Positions 51,507 through 61,696 of a stretch of DNA of 64,000 nt are shown in pieces (position 1 is the stretch's first letter; every line of letters starts with the position of its first letter). The position numbers and the translations under genes are program-made. The DNA lies in IMG/VR virus record IMGVR_UViG_3300024308_000302, positions 226,158 to 290,157 of that record, one strand, 5' to 3'. The notes under the pieces were generated by a model that made no database searches, was not told where the DNA came from, and saw nothing but the letters and a program-made list of their open reading frames with translations.

Positions 51507-52181
51507 TCAAGCAACTTTTTTATTGGCTGCTTGATTTTGTTTCTTTAGCGAGTAAGCCATTGAAGTACCAAGCTTAATCAGTTTGCCAGTTTCAGTGCGA
51601 GTAATAATACTGACAATGCTGTCTTGTTCAATTCGACGACGCTTACGTTCTGCTTCAATTTTTTGTTTAATATCTTTAGCTTTACTGATTTGAGAAACTT
51701 CACCAGCAAAATCAGCATTACGCAGAGTCAAACATGGAATCTCAAACTTTTCTTCACCTTGCTCAACCACAAACATCAATTTGAGATCACTGGTGGTTTT
51801 TGGAGCTTTCTTAACTTCTGGGAACAAATCAATCCAACTAATTCGGCGTTGAACAATTTTGTTGAATTCTACAACAGTTTTCTTTTTAATGGCCTCTTCA
51901 ACATGAGGATCAATAACAAAACGGTTATTATAGTCACTGTAAAGAACAGTAACAATTTCTTTATTACGTTCATCAAAGATGATAACCAAAGAATAATTAT
52001 CAGGAGTAGAATGAATAACACAATGAGAGCGGTGTTTATCCTGACCTACTGGAACATACAAGCCTTTTCGCAACAGAATAATAACATCACTGCGAGTAAG
52101 AGAGCTTCGTTCTTTCAATTGTGCCGTAGCATGTTCACTGAAAAAGAAGCCATCTTTTTTAGGGGCGGTAACAACAGTCAT
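51507..52181 (-). CDS. hypothetical protein, N-terminal DUF4258-like domain
   Basis: FSEHATAQLKER..IVTV. Confidence 0.5.
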   Translation of the reverse strand: MTVVTAPKKDGFFFSEHATAQLKERSSLTRSDVIILLRKGLYVPVGQDKHRSHCVIHSTPDNYSLVIIFDERNKEIVTVLYSDYNNRFVIDPHVEEAIKKKTVVEFNKIVQRRISWIDLFPEVKKAPKTTSDLKLMFVVEQGEEKFEIPCLTLRNADFAGEVSQISKAKDIKQKIEAERKRRRIEQDSIVSIITRTETGKLIKLGTSMAYSLKKQNQAANKKVA

Positions 52182-52284
52182 ACAGTCCTCCAATTTTATT
52201 CACTTCATCATATTAGGAGTCAATTCTAACACAAAATATTGCAGTAAACAAGCTGAAGTGTATAATGGCCAAAAGGAGAAAATA

Positions 52285-52638
52285 ATGGAAAAACCACAAA
52301 AAGGCTTGATCATAAAAAAACAATGGCTTGATTTGATTCTATCAGGAAAAAAGATAATAGAAATTAGAAGTTCTCATACCAAAGTGAGAGGAAAGATTGC
52401 TTTAATAGAAAGTGGCAGTGGCCATATTATAGGTGAATGTGAAATTGTTGACAGCACCTACCTTGACACAGAAGAAAAATTGAATCAAGCAATGATTGAT
52501 GGTTGTGTTTCAAAAGACGTGGCACTCATTAGTTATTATAAGAAACCACATGCATGGCACATTAAAAATGCAATTAGATATGCATCACCAATTCCATATA
52601 ATCACCCTAAAGGTGCAGTTATATGGGTAAATATTTAA
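52285..52638 (+). CDS. ASCH domain protein
   Basis: IKKQWLDLILSGKKIIEIR; AAGGAG RBS. Confidence 0.85.
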   Translation: MEKPQKGLIIKKQWLDLILSGKKIIEIRSSHTKVRGKIALIESGSGHIIGECEIVDSTYLDTEEKLNQAMIDGCVSKDVALISYYKKPHAWHIKNAIRYASPIPYNHPKGAVIWVNI

Positions 52639-52669
52639 ACACTAAAAAAGGCCCCGAAGGGCCTCTTAT

Positions 52670-53218
52670 TCAAGCTACTACTTTTTCTGTCTGGCCGTAA
52701 AGCATGGCACCTTCAATGGATTTTTCAATCCATTTTTTGTTTTTGCGGATAATAATGTCATTAATCAGGTCAATGTCATCAGTTACAGTAGCCAGCAAGC
52801 GAGCCACATTAGTCAGAGCAGTAAAAATGGTGGCTACAGTATCATCATCGCTCATGAAGCCTTTGTAAGAACTGGCAGCAATCTTTTGGTTCTTCTGAAT
52901 AGCGTCAGACATTTTGCCAGTGCTAATCAAATATTTAGTCATCAGCATATCAGTGCTCATGTCTTTATCAGCAAAGTATGCCATGTTAACTACTTTTTCA
53001 GCTTCAAACAAGGAAGTGTGCTTAATAACATAAGCGATAGAAGACACTACAAGAATGTTATCTACAGCTTCTTCAATGGTTTCTTGAAGATCATTTTTTT
53101 CTACGTGAGCTTCCAACAGTTCACTTTGTTCTTCTGCAAGTTTAGTGACACGCTGGAAGATATCTTTCTTGTCGTAACTCATGGATTCTGCGATTTTAGT
53201 GATTTGCAGATTGATCAT
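52670..53218 (-). CDS. MazG-like nucleotide pyrophosphohydrolase
   Basis: KLAEEQSEL..EEAVD; degenerate second repeat. Confidence 0.7.
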   Translation of the reverse strand: MINLQITKIAESMSYDKKDIFQRVTKLAEEQSELLEAHVEKNDLQETIEEAVDNILVVSSIAYVIKHTSLFEAEKVVNMAYFADKDMSTDMLMTKYLISTGKMSDAIQKNQKIAASSYKGFMSDDDTVATIFTALTNVARLLATVTDDIDLINDIIIRKNKKWIEKSIEGAMLYGQTEKVVA

Positions 53219-53365
53219 GGTTTTTTGCTCCGATTTATGTGATTAATGAGTTTATACTAACAAAATTCTTTTTGTAGGTCAAATACAATCCAAATCATCA
53301 TTTGACGAAGAGAAGTATAACATATCCCAATAAAATTGACAAGAAAAAAGCCCATCTATGAGCTT

Positions 53366-53878
53366 TCAATCGTATCTTGTTGCAGTGACAATTTGCGTGT
53401 TGGCTATGTATTTTAAACTTTTTCTGATATTATCATTAAAATTATGGTAGTCATATTCATTGATAACTACAATGATATTTTGATTAACATCTTCCATAAT
53501 TTTTTCTGGGTAATTAACGGCCCCATCAGTCAAATTAATAATACAATCGGCATTAAAATTTGAAGATATATTATATTCATAAACAGCTTCTAAATTCGAG
53601 CCACCTCTACCATAATGAGAAGAGAAAACATGATCACTATAAAGTGGTAAGTCAAGAATATTTTTGTTATCGAATGAAAGCTCCTTAAACAAACATGTAT
53701 CCCAGCCAAATGCTTTTAAAACAACATCCTTATACATCAGTTGCCCAGTTAATTGGGAAAGATAAAAGCGATACATTTGCCTAAAAAATGGGTCAGAAGC
53801 AATAGATCCAGAAAAATCCAAACCAACAATAATTTTTACTGGTCCATCTTTTTGAATTGCGGGAAGATTTTCAAACAT
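53366..53878 (-). CDS. stand-alone VWA domain protein
   Basis: MIDAS DFSGS, GRGGS, LTDG. Confidence 0.75.
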   Translation of the reverse strand: MFENLPAIQKDGPVKIIVGLDFSGSIASDPFFRQMYRFYLSQLTGQLMYKDVVLKAFGWDTCLFKELSFDNKNILDLPLYSDHVFSSHYGRGGSNLEAVYEYNISSNFNADCIINLTDGAVNYPEKIMEDVNQNIIVVINEYDYHNFNDNIRKSLKYIANTQIVTATRYD

Positions 53879-53903
53879 GATTTAATCCTCAAATGAAAAT
53901 AAG

Positions 53904-54362
53904 TTATTCATATTCAGCGATAATAGCCAAAGCAGTTTTTCGATGTTGATCTAAAGATGAAAGACGATCAGTCTTATGCTGATGGTAATATTTCAAGAAA
54001 CTATCTGGATCTGGGTATCGTTCATCTTTAACATTACGTTCACCATGCCTTGGTGCAGAAGGGTCATATTTAATCCAGAGTTGCCATGCAGTTGTTGAAC
54101 CGTCAATCAAATAGGAACGAGTTTTAACCCAAGTTTCAGGACAAGGGTTATTCAAAAAACACAAAAAGACATTTTTAACAGATTTGCTTACTCCACCAAA
54201 AAAGTTATGCATACCAGAAAGAACGCCTTTGTTATCTTTTTCGAATGATTGCAAAGCCGACTGATATTGATCGTCAAAATAGCGGTAGCATTCGACTGCT
54301 GCCGCATATTTTTCATCTTTAGGTTTAAGCTTTTTGGGAAAAGCAAGAATAGTTGCAGTCAT
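53904..54362 (-). CDS. hypothetical protein
   Basis: 152 aa; P.PETW..TAWQ motif. Confidence 0.75.
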   Translation of the reverse strand: MTATILAFPKKLKPKDEKYAAAVECYRYFDDQYQSALQSFEKDNKGVLSGMHNFFGGVSKSVKNVFLCFLNNPCPETWVKTRSYLIDGSTTAWQLWIKYDPSAPRHGERNVKDERYPDPDSFLKYYHQHKTDRLSSLDQHRKTALAIIAEYE

Positions 54363-54363
54363 C

Positions 54364-54534
54364 TTATTCGCTCATTTCACGGTTGATTTCAGCAGTGAAG
54401 AACTTTTTCAGACGACGACGAACAAGGCGAGTCAATTTTGATTTGGTTTTGCCGTGAAACTCGTTGCAGCAAGAGCATTTACGACCACCCGGACCAAGTT
54501 TTTCGAAACGGCAAGCAAAGTTTGGTGTGAACAT
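54364..54534 (-). CDS. small basic Cys-rich protein (56 aa), not in ORF track
   Basis: AAGGA RBS; GPGGRKCSCC..RLVRRRLKK. Confidence 0.7.
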   Translation of the reverse strand: MFTPNFACRFEKLGPGGRKCSCCNEFHGKTKSKLTRLVRRRLKKFFTAEINREMSE

Positions 54535-54602
54535 AAGAACAATCCTTTTACTGTTTAATTGAAAGAATTATAGCATGATGATGCTAACCATGCAACATTT
54601 TT

Positions 54603-55322
54603 TTAGATAGACATCATTTCTACCAAAAGTAATGAGGATTTTGTTTTCCTAACCAAATCATATTTTTCTTTAAGATATAGGTCATAAAAACATTTTTCAA
54701 AAGAAAAATGAGGATCTTTATTAATTGAAACATTCTTTTTTAAATGATCAGGTATATCATTAGAATCATTTTTATTAATCGGCATTAAATATTGCACATT
54801 GAACTTGTTGTTAGAAGTATTAAGATTCACCCAAATCAAGCGTCTGTTTAGCTCAAGATCCCACTTATATTTAATAACATTGTCTCTTAATCTTATAGTA
54901 ATAGAAAGTCCATCATAAAATAAAGCTTCAATGTTATTATTATACTCTTCACAACCTACATAATTTGTTGAGATCTCTTTTTCAAGTTTAAACTTTTTGA
55001 TATTTTCAAGAAAGGCATTTTTTATACTGCCATCATTATGAATGAAATGAGATGAAACGTCTGGTGTGATGTCAAAAATCTCCAACTCATTATCAAGACA
55101 ATATCGTACAATAAAGTCAAAGTTATATTGAGTAGTTATAGAAAATTCGAGAGCAGTAGGACCATTAGATGACGATGTACCATACTTAGGATTAACCCTA
55201 ATATCTAAAATGATTAAATCAGAATTAAAAACTAAAGATAATTTTGATTTAATCCAATACTTTTTATCATCATCACTGACAGTCCAAGATGCTTGGTTAA
55301 GTTTTTTTTGTATCTTATCCAT
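54603..55322 (-). CDS. hypothetical protein with C-terminal signature
   Basis: ends LLLVEMMSI*. Confidence 0.8.
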   Translation of the reverse strand: MDKIQKKLNQASWTVSDDDKKYWIKSKLSLVFNSDLIILDIRVNPKYGTSSSNGPTALEFSITTQYNFDFIVRYCLDNELEIFDITPDVSSHFIHNDGSIKNAFLENIKKFKLEKEISTNYVGCEEYNNNIEALFYDGLSITIRLRDNVIKYKWDLELNRRLIWVNLNTSNNKFNVQYLMPINKNDSNDIPDHLKKNVSINKDPHFSFEKCFYDLYLKEKYDLVRKTKSSLLLVEMMSI

Positions 55323-55345
55323 CTTGGATATACCTCATTATTAAA

Positions 55346-55534
55346 CTAATTAATATATTTAAAATAAATTGCACAAACAAATATTACAATACCAACTAAA
55401 CTTTGAATAATATTGGAAACTTTATACTCAGAACCAGTACGATCACCAGAACCTAAAAGATTCAATACACCGCCAATGAATAATGCAAAACCTATAAAAA
55501 GAACAGCAACAAAACCTATCCATTGAAAAAGCAT
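55346..55534 (-). CDS. small two-TM membrane protein
   Basis: 62 aa, GAGGT RBS. Confidence 0.7.
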   Translation of the reverse strand: MLFQWIGFVAVLFIGFALFIGGVLNLLGSGDRTGSEYKVSNIIQSLVGIVIFVCAIYFKYIN

Positions 55535-55564
55535 AATAGAAACCTCAACTTAAAGAAAAGATGG

Positions 55565-55888
55565 TTAGCCAACAAACTTCCAATTGTCATCAACAACAAT
55601 AGTGCAATCACGACCACTTTTCTTGATCGCTTGTTCAAACAAATAGGACAATGTACCCGGACTTGAGAAATCTGGGAGATTCAACCCATGACAGCCGGGA
55701 TGAAAATCACCATAACGACCAAGCATAACAGATTTGCCATTCACCAAGACTTCTGCCATATGAAATGAACTGGTGACATGACTACGCTCAGTAACAACGT
55801 TACGATCTTTAAGTGGAATTTTGTGATCTTTCATAAACTGGATTACAGAGTTAGATTTATCAGTATCAATTTTCATAGTATTCTCCAT
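55565..55888 (-). CDS. hypothetical protein
   Basis: DFHPGCHG motif. Confidence 0.75.
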   Translation of the reverse strand: MENTMKIDTDKSNSVIQFMKDHKIPLKDRNVVTERSHVTSSFHMAEVLVNGKSVMLGRYGDFHPGCHGLNLPDFSSPGTLSYLFEQAIKKSGRDCTIVVDDNWKFVG

Positions 55889-55935
55889 AAATTTTGTTAA
55901 TTATAGCATTTATTGAATAAAAAAACAACAATGTA

Positions 55936-56898
55936 TTAAAGCATAAGCATATCTATAAGCAACAAACGATTATTAAATTCAGAAGAATTAAAATCATAAG
56001 CAGAAGGAATACAGAACTCAGGAAAAGTTAATTTCAATTCTTCATCAGAGTCTAATACAAGGTGTAATTTTATTAATTGTCCAATATCAGTCAAGCAAAG
56101 ATCTTTAACAGGTAATTTAACTGATTTAGAAAAATTACTGTTACAGAAGAATGTACAAATATTATCAGTAATGGCACCACAGGTATCATACATATTAGTT
56201 ACTATTACAAAAATCTCCTTTTTACGAGAATCTGAAGTCTCATAATATAGAGATGGTGAAGTGGATTGAAATTTTACTTTTGTAAGATGCAAAGAATGAT
56301 CAAAAGCAAATGAAACTGTACTACTAATTTGCCCAAATGAAATATTTTCATTAATCATATTAATTTTTACTTGAATTGATTCCACATTTTTAGTTAAAAA
56401 ATTAGAAACATCATCATCAATATAAGGATAATACGATTTATTATCAATAACCTTATCTACACTATTTACGTCATAAGTGTAATCTTTTAAAAATTTATGA
56501 ATTTGTTTTTTCATCAAATAATGAGTTTCTTCACCTGAAATTTCATAACTATCCTTCGATTTATATACATTCAAATTAGGAGTTATAACAATATTCAATA
56601 ACTCATCACCAACATCATCTGAAAGTGAATAACTTAAATGTACATGACTGAATGAAAGATCATCATTAAAAATAGCCCAAAGGACAGTATGAGCATTGCT
56701 GAAGAAATTAAGTACAGGTTGAAAATCAACAGGTAGAGGAATATCAGGATTAATAATTTTCAATGAATGCTTATCCAGATAAACTGATTCTCGTTCATTA
56801 ATAAAGCAAGCAGCACTGGACAGGACTTTAAGAACAGCAATATCAGATGCTTTCAAATGTAATAAAATACGTTCAATTATTTCAAATGTTGCTTCCAT
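55936..56898 (-). CDS. hypothetical protein with C-terminal signature, related to 16755..17402
   Basis: LTFPEF..AYDFNSSEFNNRLLLIDMLML*. Confidence 0.8.
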   Translation of the reverse strand: MEATFEIIERILLHLKASDIAVLKVLSSAACFINERESVYLDKHSLKIINPDIPLPVDFQPVLNFFSNAHTVLWAIFNDDLSFSHVHLSYSLSDDVGDELLNIVITPNLNVYKSKDSYEISGEETHYLMKKQIHKFLKDYTYDVNSVDKVIDNKSYYPYIDDDVSNFLTKNVESIQVKINMINENISFGQISSTVSFAFDHSLHLTKVKFQSTSPSLYYETSDSRKKEIFVIVTNMYDTCGAITDNICTFFCNSNFSKSVKLPVKDLCLTDIGQLIKLHLVLDSDEELKLTFPEFCIPSAYDFNSSEFNNRLLLIDMLML

Positions 56899-57019
56899 TT
56901 ATTATGCCCATATATAAAATAAAGCTACATTCTATCAAATTGAATGTTAAATAACAAGAAACATTTGAAAGATTTAAAAAAATATGTAAAATAAAGATAG
57001 AAAATACAGGAGAACTTAA

Positions 57020-57427
57020 ATGAGTTACATTGATGACAATTTAATGGACGGGGAAAGAGTTGAATACAGAGCAGAATTAAGCAACTGGGCATTCTTTTCA
57101 AGTATAGCCATCAGCATTATATTAATACCAGTAATAGTTGGATTAATTGGGTTATTTATAATTCATATAGTGAAGAAAAGCACTGAAATAGCAGTAACAA
57201 ACAAACGTCTTATCTATAAGAAAGGTTTCATTCAAAGAGATACTGTTGAATTGAATATAAAAAAAATAGAATCAATGCAAGTTGAACAAACGATAATTGG
57301 AAGAATTTTCAATTATGGTACATTAATTGTATCTGGTACTGGTAGTTCACATGCACCAATAAAGTATATTAGAGATCCAATGAAGTTGAGAACTGAAATA
57401 TCATCAGTAATCGACAAAACAATATAA
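57020..57427 (+). CDS. bacterial PH (bPH_2) domain membrane protein
   Basis: MSYIDDNLMDGERV..TNKRLIYKKG..GRIFNYGT. Confidence 0.85.
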   Translation: MSYIDDNLMDGERVEYRAELSNWAFFSSIAISIILIPVIVGLIGLFIIHIVKKSTEIAVTNKRLIYKKGFIQRDTVELNIKKIESMQVEQTIIGRIFNYGTLIVSGTGSSHAPIKYIRDPMKLRTEISSVIDKTI

Positions 57428-57443
57428 AAGGCTCCGAAGAGCC

Positions 57444-57845
57444 TTATTGTTTTTCACGCCGCAAATGTTGAATGAAGTTATCAAGCAAGATTTTGATTTC
57501 AGGGCCAGCAATAGTGTTAGCACTATGGACAAAGAATTTGAAGTTATCAGGGATAACATATTTTTCATCCAGAACGCTTTCAACAATCCAATGAGCAAAA
57601 TCAAGACCAGCTTTCAACAGGTTACCATTTGCATCCAGACCCAAATCGTTATCGAACGAAATGTAGTAAGGAAGGAACCCTTTTTCTTCAATGAGAGCAA
57701 CAGCTTGTTCCATTGTCCGACAAATATAGAAGTCTTCAATGAAGTTTTCATAAACGACAGCATTGCTTGGGTAAACCATGTTAACCGAACGCAGGTCGTC
57801 AAGGAAAATCGAGTAAGGCATTTTTTTCATTTCTAAATAATCCAA
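57444..57845 (-). CDS. cyclic-phosphate-processing receiver (cREC) domain protein
   Basis: IFLDDLR, ISFDNDLG, GLDFAHW, VHSAN. Confidence 0.75.
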   Translation of the reverse strand: MDYLEMKKMPYSIFLDDLRSVNMVYPSNAVVYENFIEDFYICRTMEQAVALIEEKGFLPYYISFDNDLGLDANGNLLKAGLDFAHWIVESVLDEKYVIPDNFKFFVHSANTIAGPEIKILLDNFIQHLRREKQ

Positions 57846-57987
57846 TTTACTTTAAGTGAGCCTGCATTATACATTATGAAATCATTAATGTCACGATATA
57901 TTTCAAGAAAAATAAAAATGTCTATGAAAAAGAAAAACCTTATAATCACAATTGATAAAAGGTTTTTTTAGATAAAAAATAAACAAA

Positions 57988-58614
57988 TTATTTAGGTTTA
58001 AACAATGGATCAGATGGGAATTTTTGGGTATTTATTGACTGATCTCTAAGGCTGGTTTCTGGACTAAGTTGACACCATGTAACACCTATACTATCTGGAT
58101 TTGCTTTATAAACTGTATAAGCATAGTCATATAGTTTTTCATTTGTTTTTAAATTAGTAAATGTGACTTCAAATGAATTATTGCCAGTTTTTTTACGAAC
58201 TAGAGAATATTCTGATTCAGGTGAATTAATTTTTGAGAATTTATAACAATTGGCATCATTACTTTTACCTTCATAGTTGCATGAAGAGTCTCCTTTTTTA
58301 AAACTTTCTATTTTATATAATGAATAACCATCATTATCTAATTTCAATTTTTTTTCAACAAAAGCGAAAGATGGGACATCAGAATCCTTTCCAAAAGCTT
58401 CATAACTTTCAATAACATCATAATTGTCTCTAAGCTCAGAATAATCATAATAGACACTTTTAATTTTATTGTCTTTAAAATCTTGTTTATATTGATCAAT
58501 TAACGCATGATTAACATGCAGATAGTTCTTATCTGATGGACAATTAACATCATCTTGGGCATTAGCATAACTTGTTAAAAGAATTGCTGGTATTAATATA
58601 AATAATGATTTCAT
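57988..58614 (-). CDS. exported protein
   Basis: AGGA RBS; signal MKSLFILIPAILLTSYANA. Confidence 0.75.
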   Translation of the reverse strand: MKSLFILIPAILLTSYANAQDDVNCPSDKNYLHVNHALIDQYKQDFKDNKIKSVYYDYSELRDNYDVIESYEAFGKDSDVPSFAFVEKKLKLDNDGYSLYKIESFKKGDSSCNYEGKSNDANCYKFSKINSPESEYSLVRKKTGNNSFEVTFTNLKTNEKLYDYAYTVYKANPDSIGVTWCQLSPETSLRDQSINTQKFPSDPLFKPK

Positions 58615-58681
58615 TGTATGTCCTATTTGATTTAAATTTATTATAACCATCATAATCATCAACAAGAATAAGTCAAGACAT

Positions 58682-59719
58682 TTAATAATTTATCATATGA
58701 CACAACAAAACTTGATTAGTAGTTATATCTTCCATATTGATGTTTTCAAGATTTAATGTGTTAACTATTGTATCAAAAATCTTTGTTCTAAAAGTGTCAT
58801 AAACTACAGAGATATTATCAATAGACACAAAAACACCTTTATTATTACAGCTATAATTAAAGCCTGATTCTGATAAGTTAATTGATATAGTTTCATATTT
58901 ATTGTTTGAAAATTTAATAGTATATAGTGTAGAATCAACTAAAAATCTACTTACTTTTTCATTACGTTTTACGAAATAAGAAAAACAAGAATCACCGGAT
59001 ATATAATGATAGAATTGAATGACAGAAATTAGTTGAAGTATTTCATGAGCTTTATGATAACCAAGAACAGACAATAAGAATGACTTAAATTTACTGAAGG
59101 ATAGTTCAACAGTAGAATCATGAGCTATGAATGATATTGAATTTGAAGAAATATTTTGAACAAAATCATTCTTCCTGAAAATTTCAAAATAATCCTCAAA
59201 AATTGTATTGTAACAAACAAGCACATCTGAAAATTTAATTTCTTTAATCTTAGGATTTTTTAAATAATTTTTGATAACTTCCATATAAGTTTTATGAAGT
59301 AATGAATCATCCATAATTTGTTCTCTATTAAAATTTCTAAGTTCAATTGTAAATATGATTTCACCATTTTCTGGAATATATATTTTAGAATTCAAACTAC
59401 CAAGATAAATATAGAAATCATTATTAATACGTTGAATCATATATAAGTTCGAATAACTAGAACTACCATTTAAAAGTTTATGAAGGATTCGTATCGAGCT
59501 TAATTGAAGAAAATATCTATAATTGAAAGGAAATATCTCATTAATCCCTTTTAAGAAGGACACAATATCTGAATGACAATCCTTAATGAAATAAAGTTCT
59601 GAAGTAGGTTTTAATTTAACAATTCGCTGTTCATTATTATTTAACTGGCGATTAAAGTAATCAGAACCAAATAAAGATTCAACCATAAGAATGATTTGCT
59701 GATGATAATTTGTATTCAT
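58682..59719 (-). CDS. paralog family A protein with C-terminal signature
   Basis: ends VLLCHMINY*. Confidence 0.8.
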   Translation of the reverse strand: MNTNYHQQIILMVESLFGSDYFNRQLNNNEQRIVKLKPTSELYFIKDCHSDIVSFLKGINEIFPFNYRYFLQLSSIRILHKLLNGSSSYSNLYMIQRINNDFYIYLGSLNSKIYIPENGEIIFTIELRNFNREQIMDDSLLHKTYMEVIKNYLKNPKIKEIKFSDVLVCYNTIFEDYFEIFRKNDFVQNISSNSISFIAHDSTVELSFSKFKSFLLSVLGYHKAHEILQLISVIQFYHYISGDSCFSYFVKRNEKVSRFLVDSTLYTIKFSNNKYETISINLSESGFNYSCNNKGVFVSIDNISVVYDTFRTKIFDTIVNTLNLENINMEDITTNQVLLCHMINY

Positions 59720-59860
59720 AATAAAAACCTTGAAAAGAGTGCAAATATTATACATATAAGTTGAACAAGAGTAAACAAAAAATTCCAAAAATAAGAGATA
59801 ATTCATAAATTGACAAAAAAAATAAACAATATAAAATTATATAAAATAGAGGATTAAAAT

Positions 59861-60160
59861 ATGAATGATAAAACAAAAAGAATATTAAAACATATGTTAA
59901 GTGCAATCATATTGATGATCTCATTATTATTTGGATTCGCATCCATAACATGTTTTGTAATAGGTGCTCCAGTAATGGGTGTATTTTATATTATGTTCTC
60001 AATATCAATTATTACACTACTATTTAAGAAATCTAAAATGAATAGAATAATTTTAGCAATATTTTTATTAGCCACATTAATTTTAGGTACATTCCTTAAT
60101 CAAATTGCACCACAAGAACCAGAAATAGTAGACCAATACTTAGAAAGCCATCAGATCTGA
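59861..60160 (+). CDS. three-TM membrane protein
   Basis: GAGGA RBS; hydrophobic helices. Confidence 0.75.
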   Translation: MNDKTKRILKHMLSAIILMISLLFGFASITCFVIGAPVMGVFYIMFSISIITLLFKKSKMNRIILAIFLLATLILGTFLNQIAPQEPEIVDQYLESHQI

Positions 60161-60168
60161 TGGCTTTT

Positions 60169-61206
60169 TTATTTATATTTCACGATGAAATAAACATTTA
60201 AATCTTGGAATGTTAAATAAAGAGGATCTATATCCAATGTTTTTGATATATCTTTAATTAATACTGTTTTAAGAAAATTATAAATTTCACAATAACCATG
60301 CAGATGAACACTTTTACCTTCATTATCGATATATGCCAATTTAAATAAAGATTCATCAGTATTAATAGCCAATCTATATGAGTTAATTTTGCTTTCAAAA
60401 GTTATTACATTGTACGAATTAAGTAATTTTGATTTATATCGATTAAAAATATAATCTATATTATTAAAAAATGGTCTTATAGATTTATTAAAAACAAAAC
60501 AATCAAGTATTTCTAAAAAATGAATTAAGGTTTTTAATTGGTTAATACCTTTTGAATTAACTTTAGATTTCTTTAAAATGTCAAGTATAGCATCAAAACC
60601 ATGATCTTTAATTAAAACAATTTCATATTCATGTGAAAGATATTTTGAAGCATTCTTATAAAGGTCTGTAATAGAGATATCAGCAAAAAGATTTTTCTTG
60701 AAAGAGTTTTGAATTACTGACTCTATATCAAGATTACAAAATTGAAGAACATTTTTATCATTAATAGTTAACAGGCGGGGATAATGAGAAATTTTTGAAT
60801 TCAAAAAATCCATATAAATGGTGTCATATTTTTCTTCAAACTCATCAACACAATATCTACATCCGTTAATAATAACAAAAATGTCATTCATGCCAATAAA
60901 TATTTCAAAACATGGTTTTATATTAATAGTGAGTTTATCTTCCCATATATCCAAGTAAATATATGGTTCAAAATGTTTTGATTCCATAAAGCTCAATATA
61001 TTCATGAGTGAAATAAATTGATTAATTTTATTAACATTAAGATTGGGAATTAAATTTAATAAATCATTAAATTTCTTATAGTCATATTTATAAATAATGG
61101 AAATCGTAGACAGAATGAGTCCATCAGATAGGCTATAACTAAAAGCACCATCTTTAGGATAGGACTTAATAATAAAATCATTAATAATAGAAAAGATAGA
61201 TTTCAC
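60169..61206 (-). CDS. paralog family A protein, variant C-terminus
   Basis: GYCEIYNFLK..LDI..DLNVYFIVKYK*. Confidence 0.75.
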   Translation of the reverse strand: MKSIFSIINDFIIKSYPKDGAFSYSLSDGLILSTISIIYKYDYKKFNDLLNLIPNLNVNKINQFISLMNILSFMESKHFEPYIYLDIWEDKLTINIKPCFEIFIGMNDIFVIINGCRYCVDEFEEKYDTIYMDFLNSKISHYPRLLTINDKNVLQFCNLDIESVIQNSFKKNLFADISITDLYKNASKYLSHEYEIVLIKDHGFDAILDILKKSKVNSKGINQLKTLIHFLEILDCFVFNKSIRPFFNNIDYIFNRYKSKLLNSYNVITFESKINSYRLAINTDESLFKLAYIDNEGKSVHLHGYCEIYNFLKTVLIKDISKTLDIDPLYLTFQDLNVYFIVKYK

Positions 61207-61679
61207 TTCAACTCCCCATTTAGAGAGTAAAGAATATAATCATGAATTAGCTTTTCTTTGTTACCCATTAAAAGACGTACACCTAAAAAATTAACATCAC
61301 TATAATCATGACCTAACCAATAACGTTTTTTATTAACATGTTGATTTAATCCTGCATGAGCAGAAAAAAACAAAGAAGCTTTTTCAACAATATCTAAAAT
61401 AACTTCGTCAGGAGGTCTTTTCTGTGTTCTAATACCAATAGAATGAGCGTGAAGATTGTTTTTACATAGATGATGATCAAACAAAGAAAGCGTGTTATAG
61501 CTGTAATATTCTAAATAATCGTACCACCATTTATCATAGGTAGTGTTCCTGAAAGGACATTCGATATAAAAGGAAGATAAAGAAGACTCAATTTCAAAAC
61601 CAGTAATAAATGAAAATAAATAATCCATGAATTCTGTACAGTTTCTATCTGTATCAATTGTTATAATGTATTTAGCCAT
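61203..61679 (-). CDS. hypothetical protein, paralog of 62409..62876
   Basis: ITIDTD..FSFITG / LIIDTN..CAFVTG. Confidence 0.75.
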   Translation of the reverse strand: MAKYIITIDTDRNCTEFMDYLFSFITGFEIESSLSSFYIECPFRNTTYDKWWYDYLEYYSYNTLSLFDHHLCKNNLHAHSIGIRTQKRPPDEVILDIVEKASLFFSAHAGLNQHVNKKRYWLGHDYSDVNFLGVRLLMGNKEKLIHDYILYSLNGELK

Positions 61680-61696
61680 GATATCAAGACCTTTAA

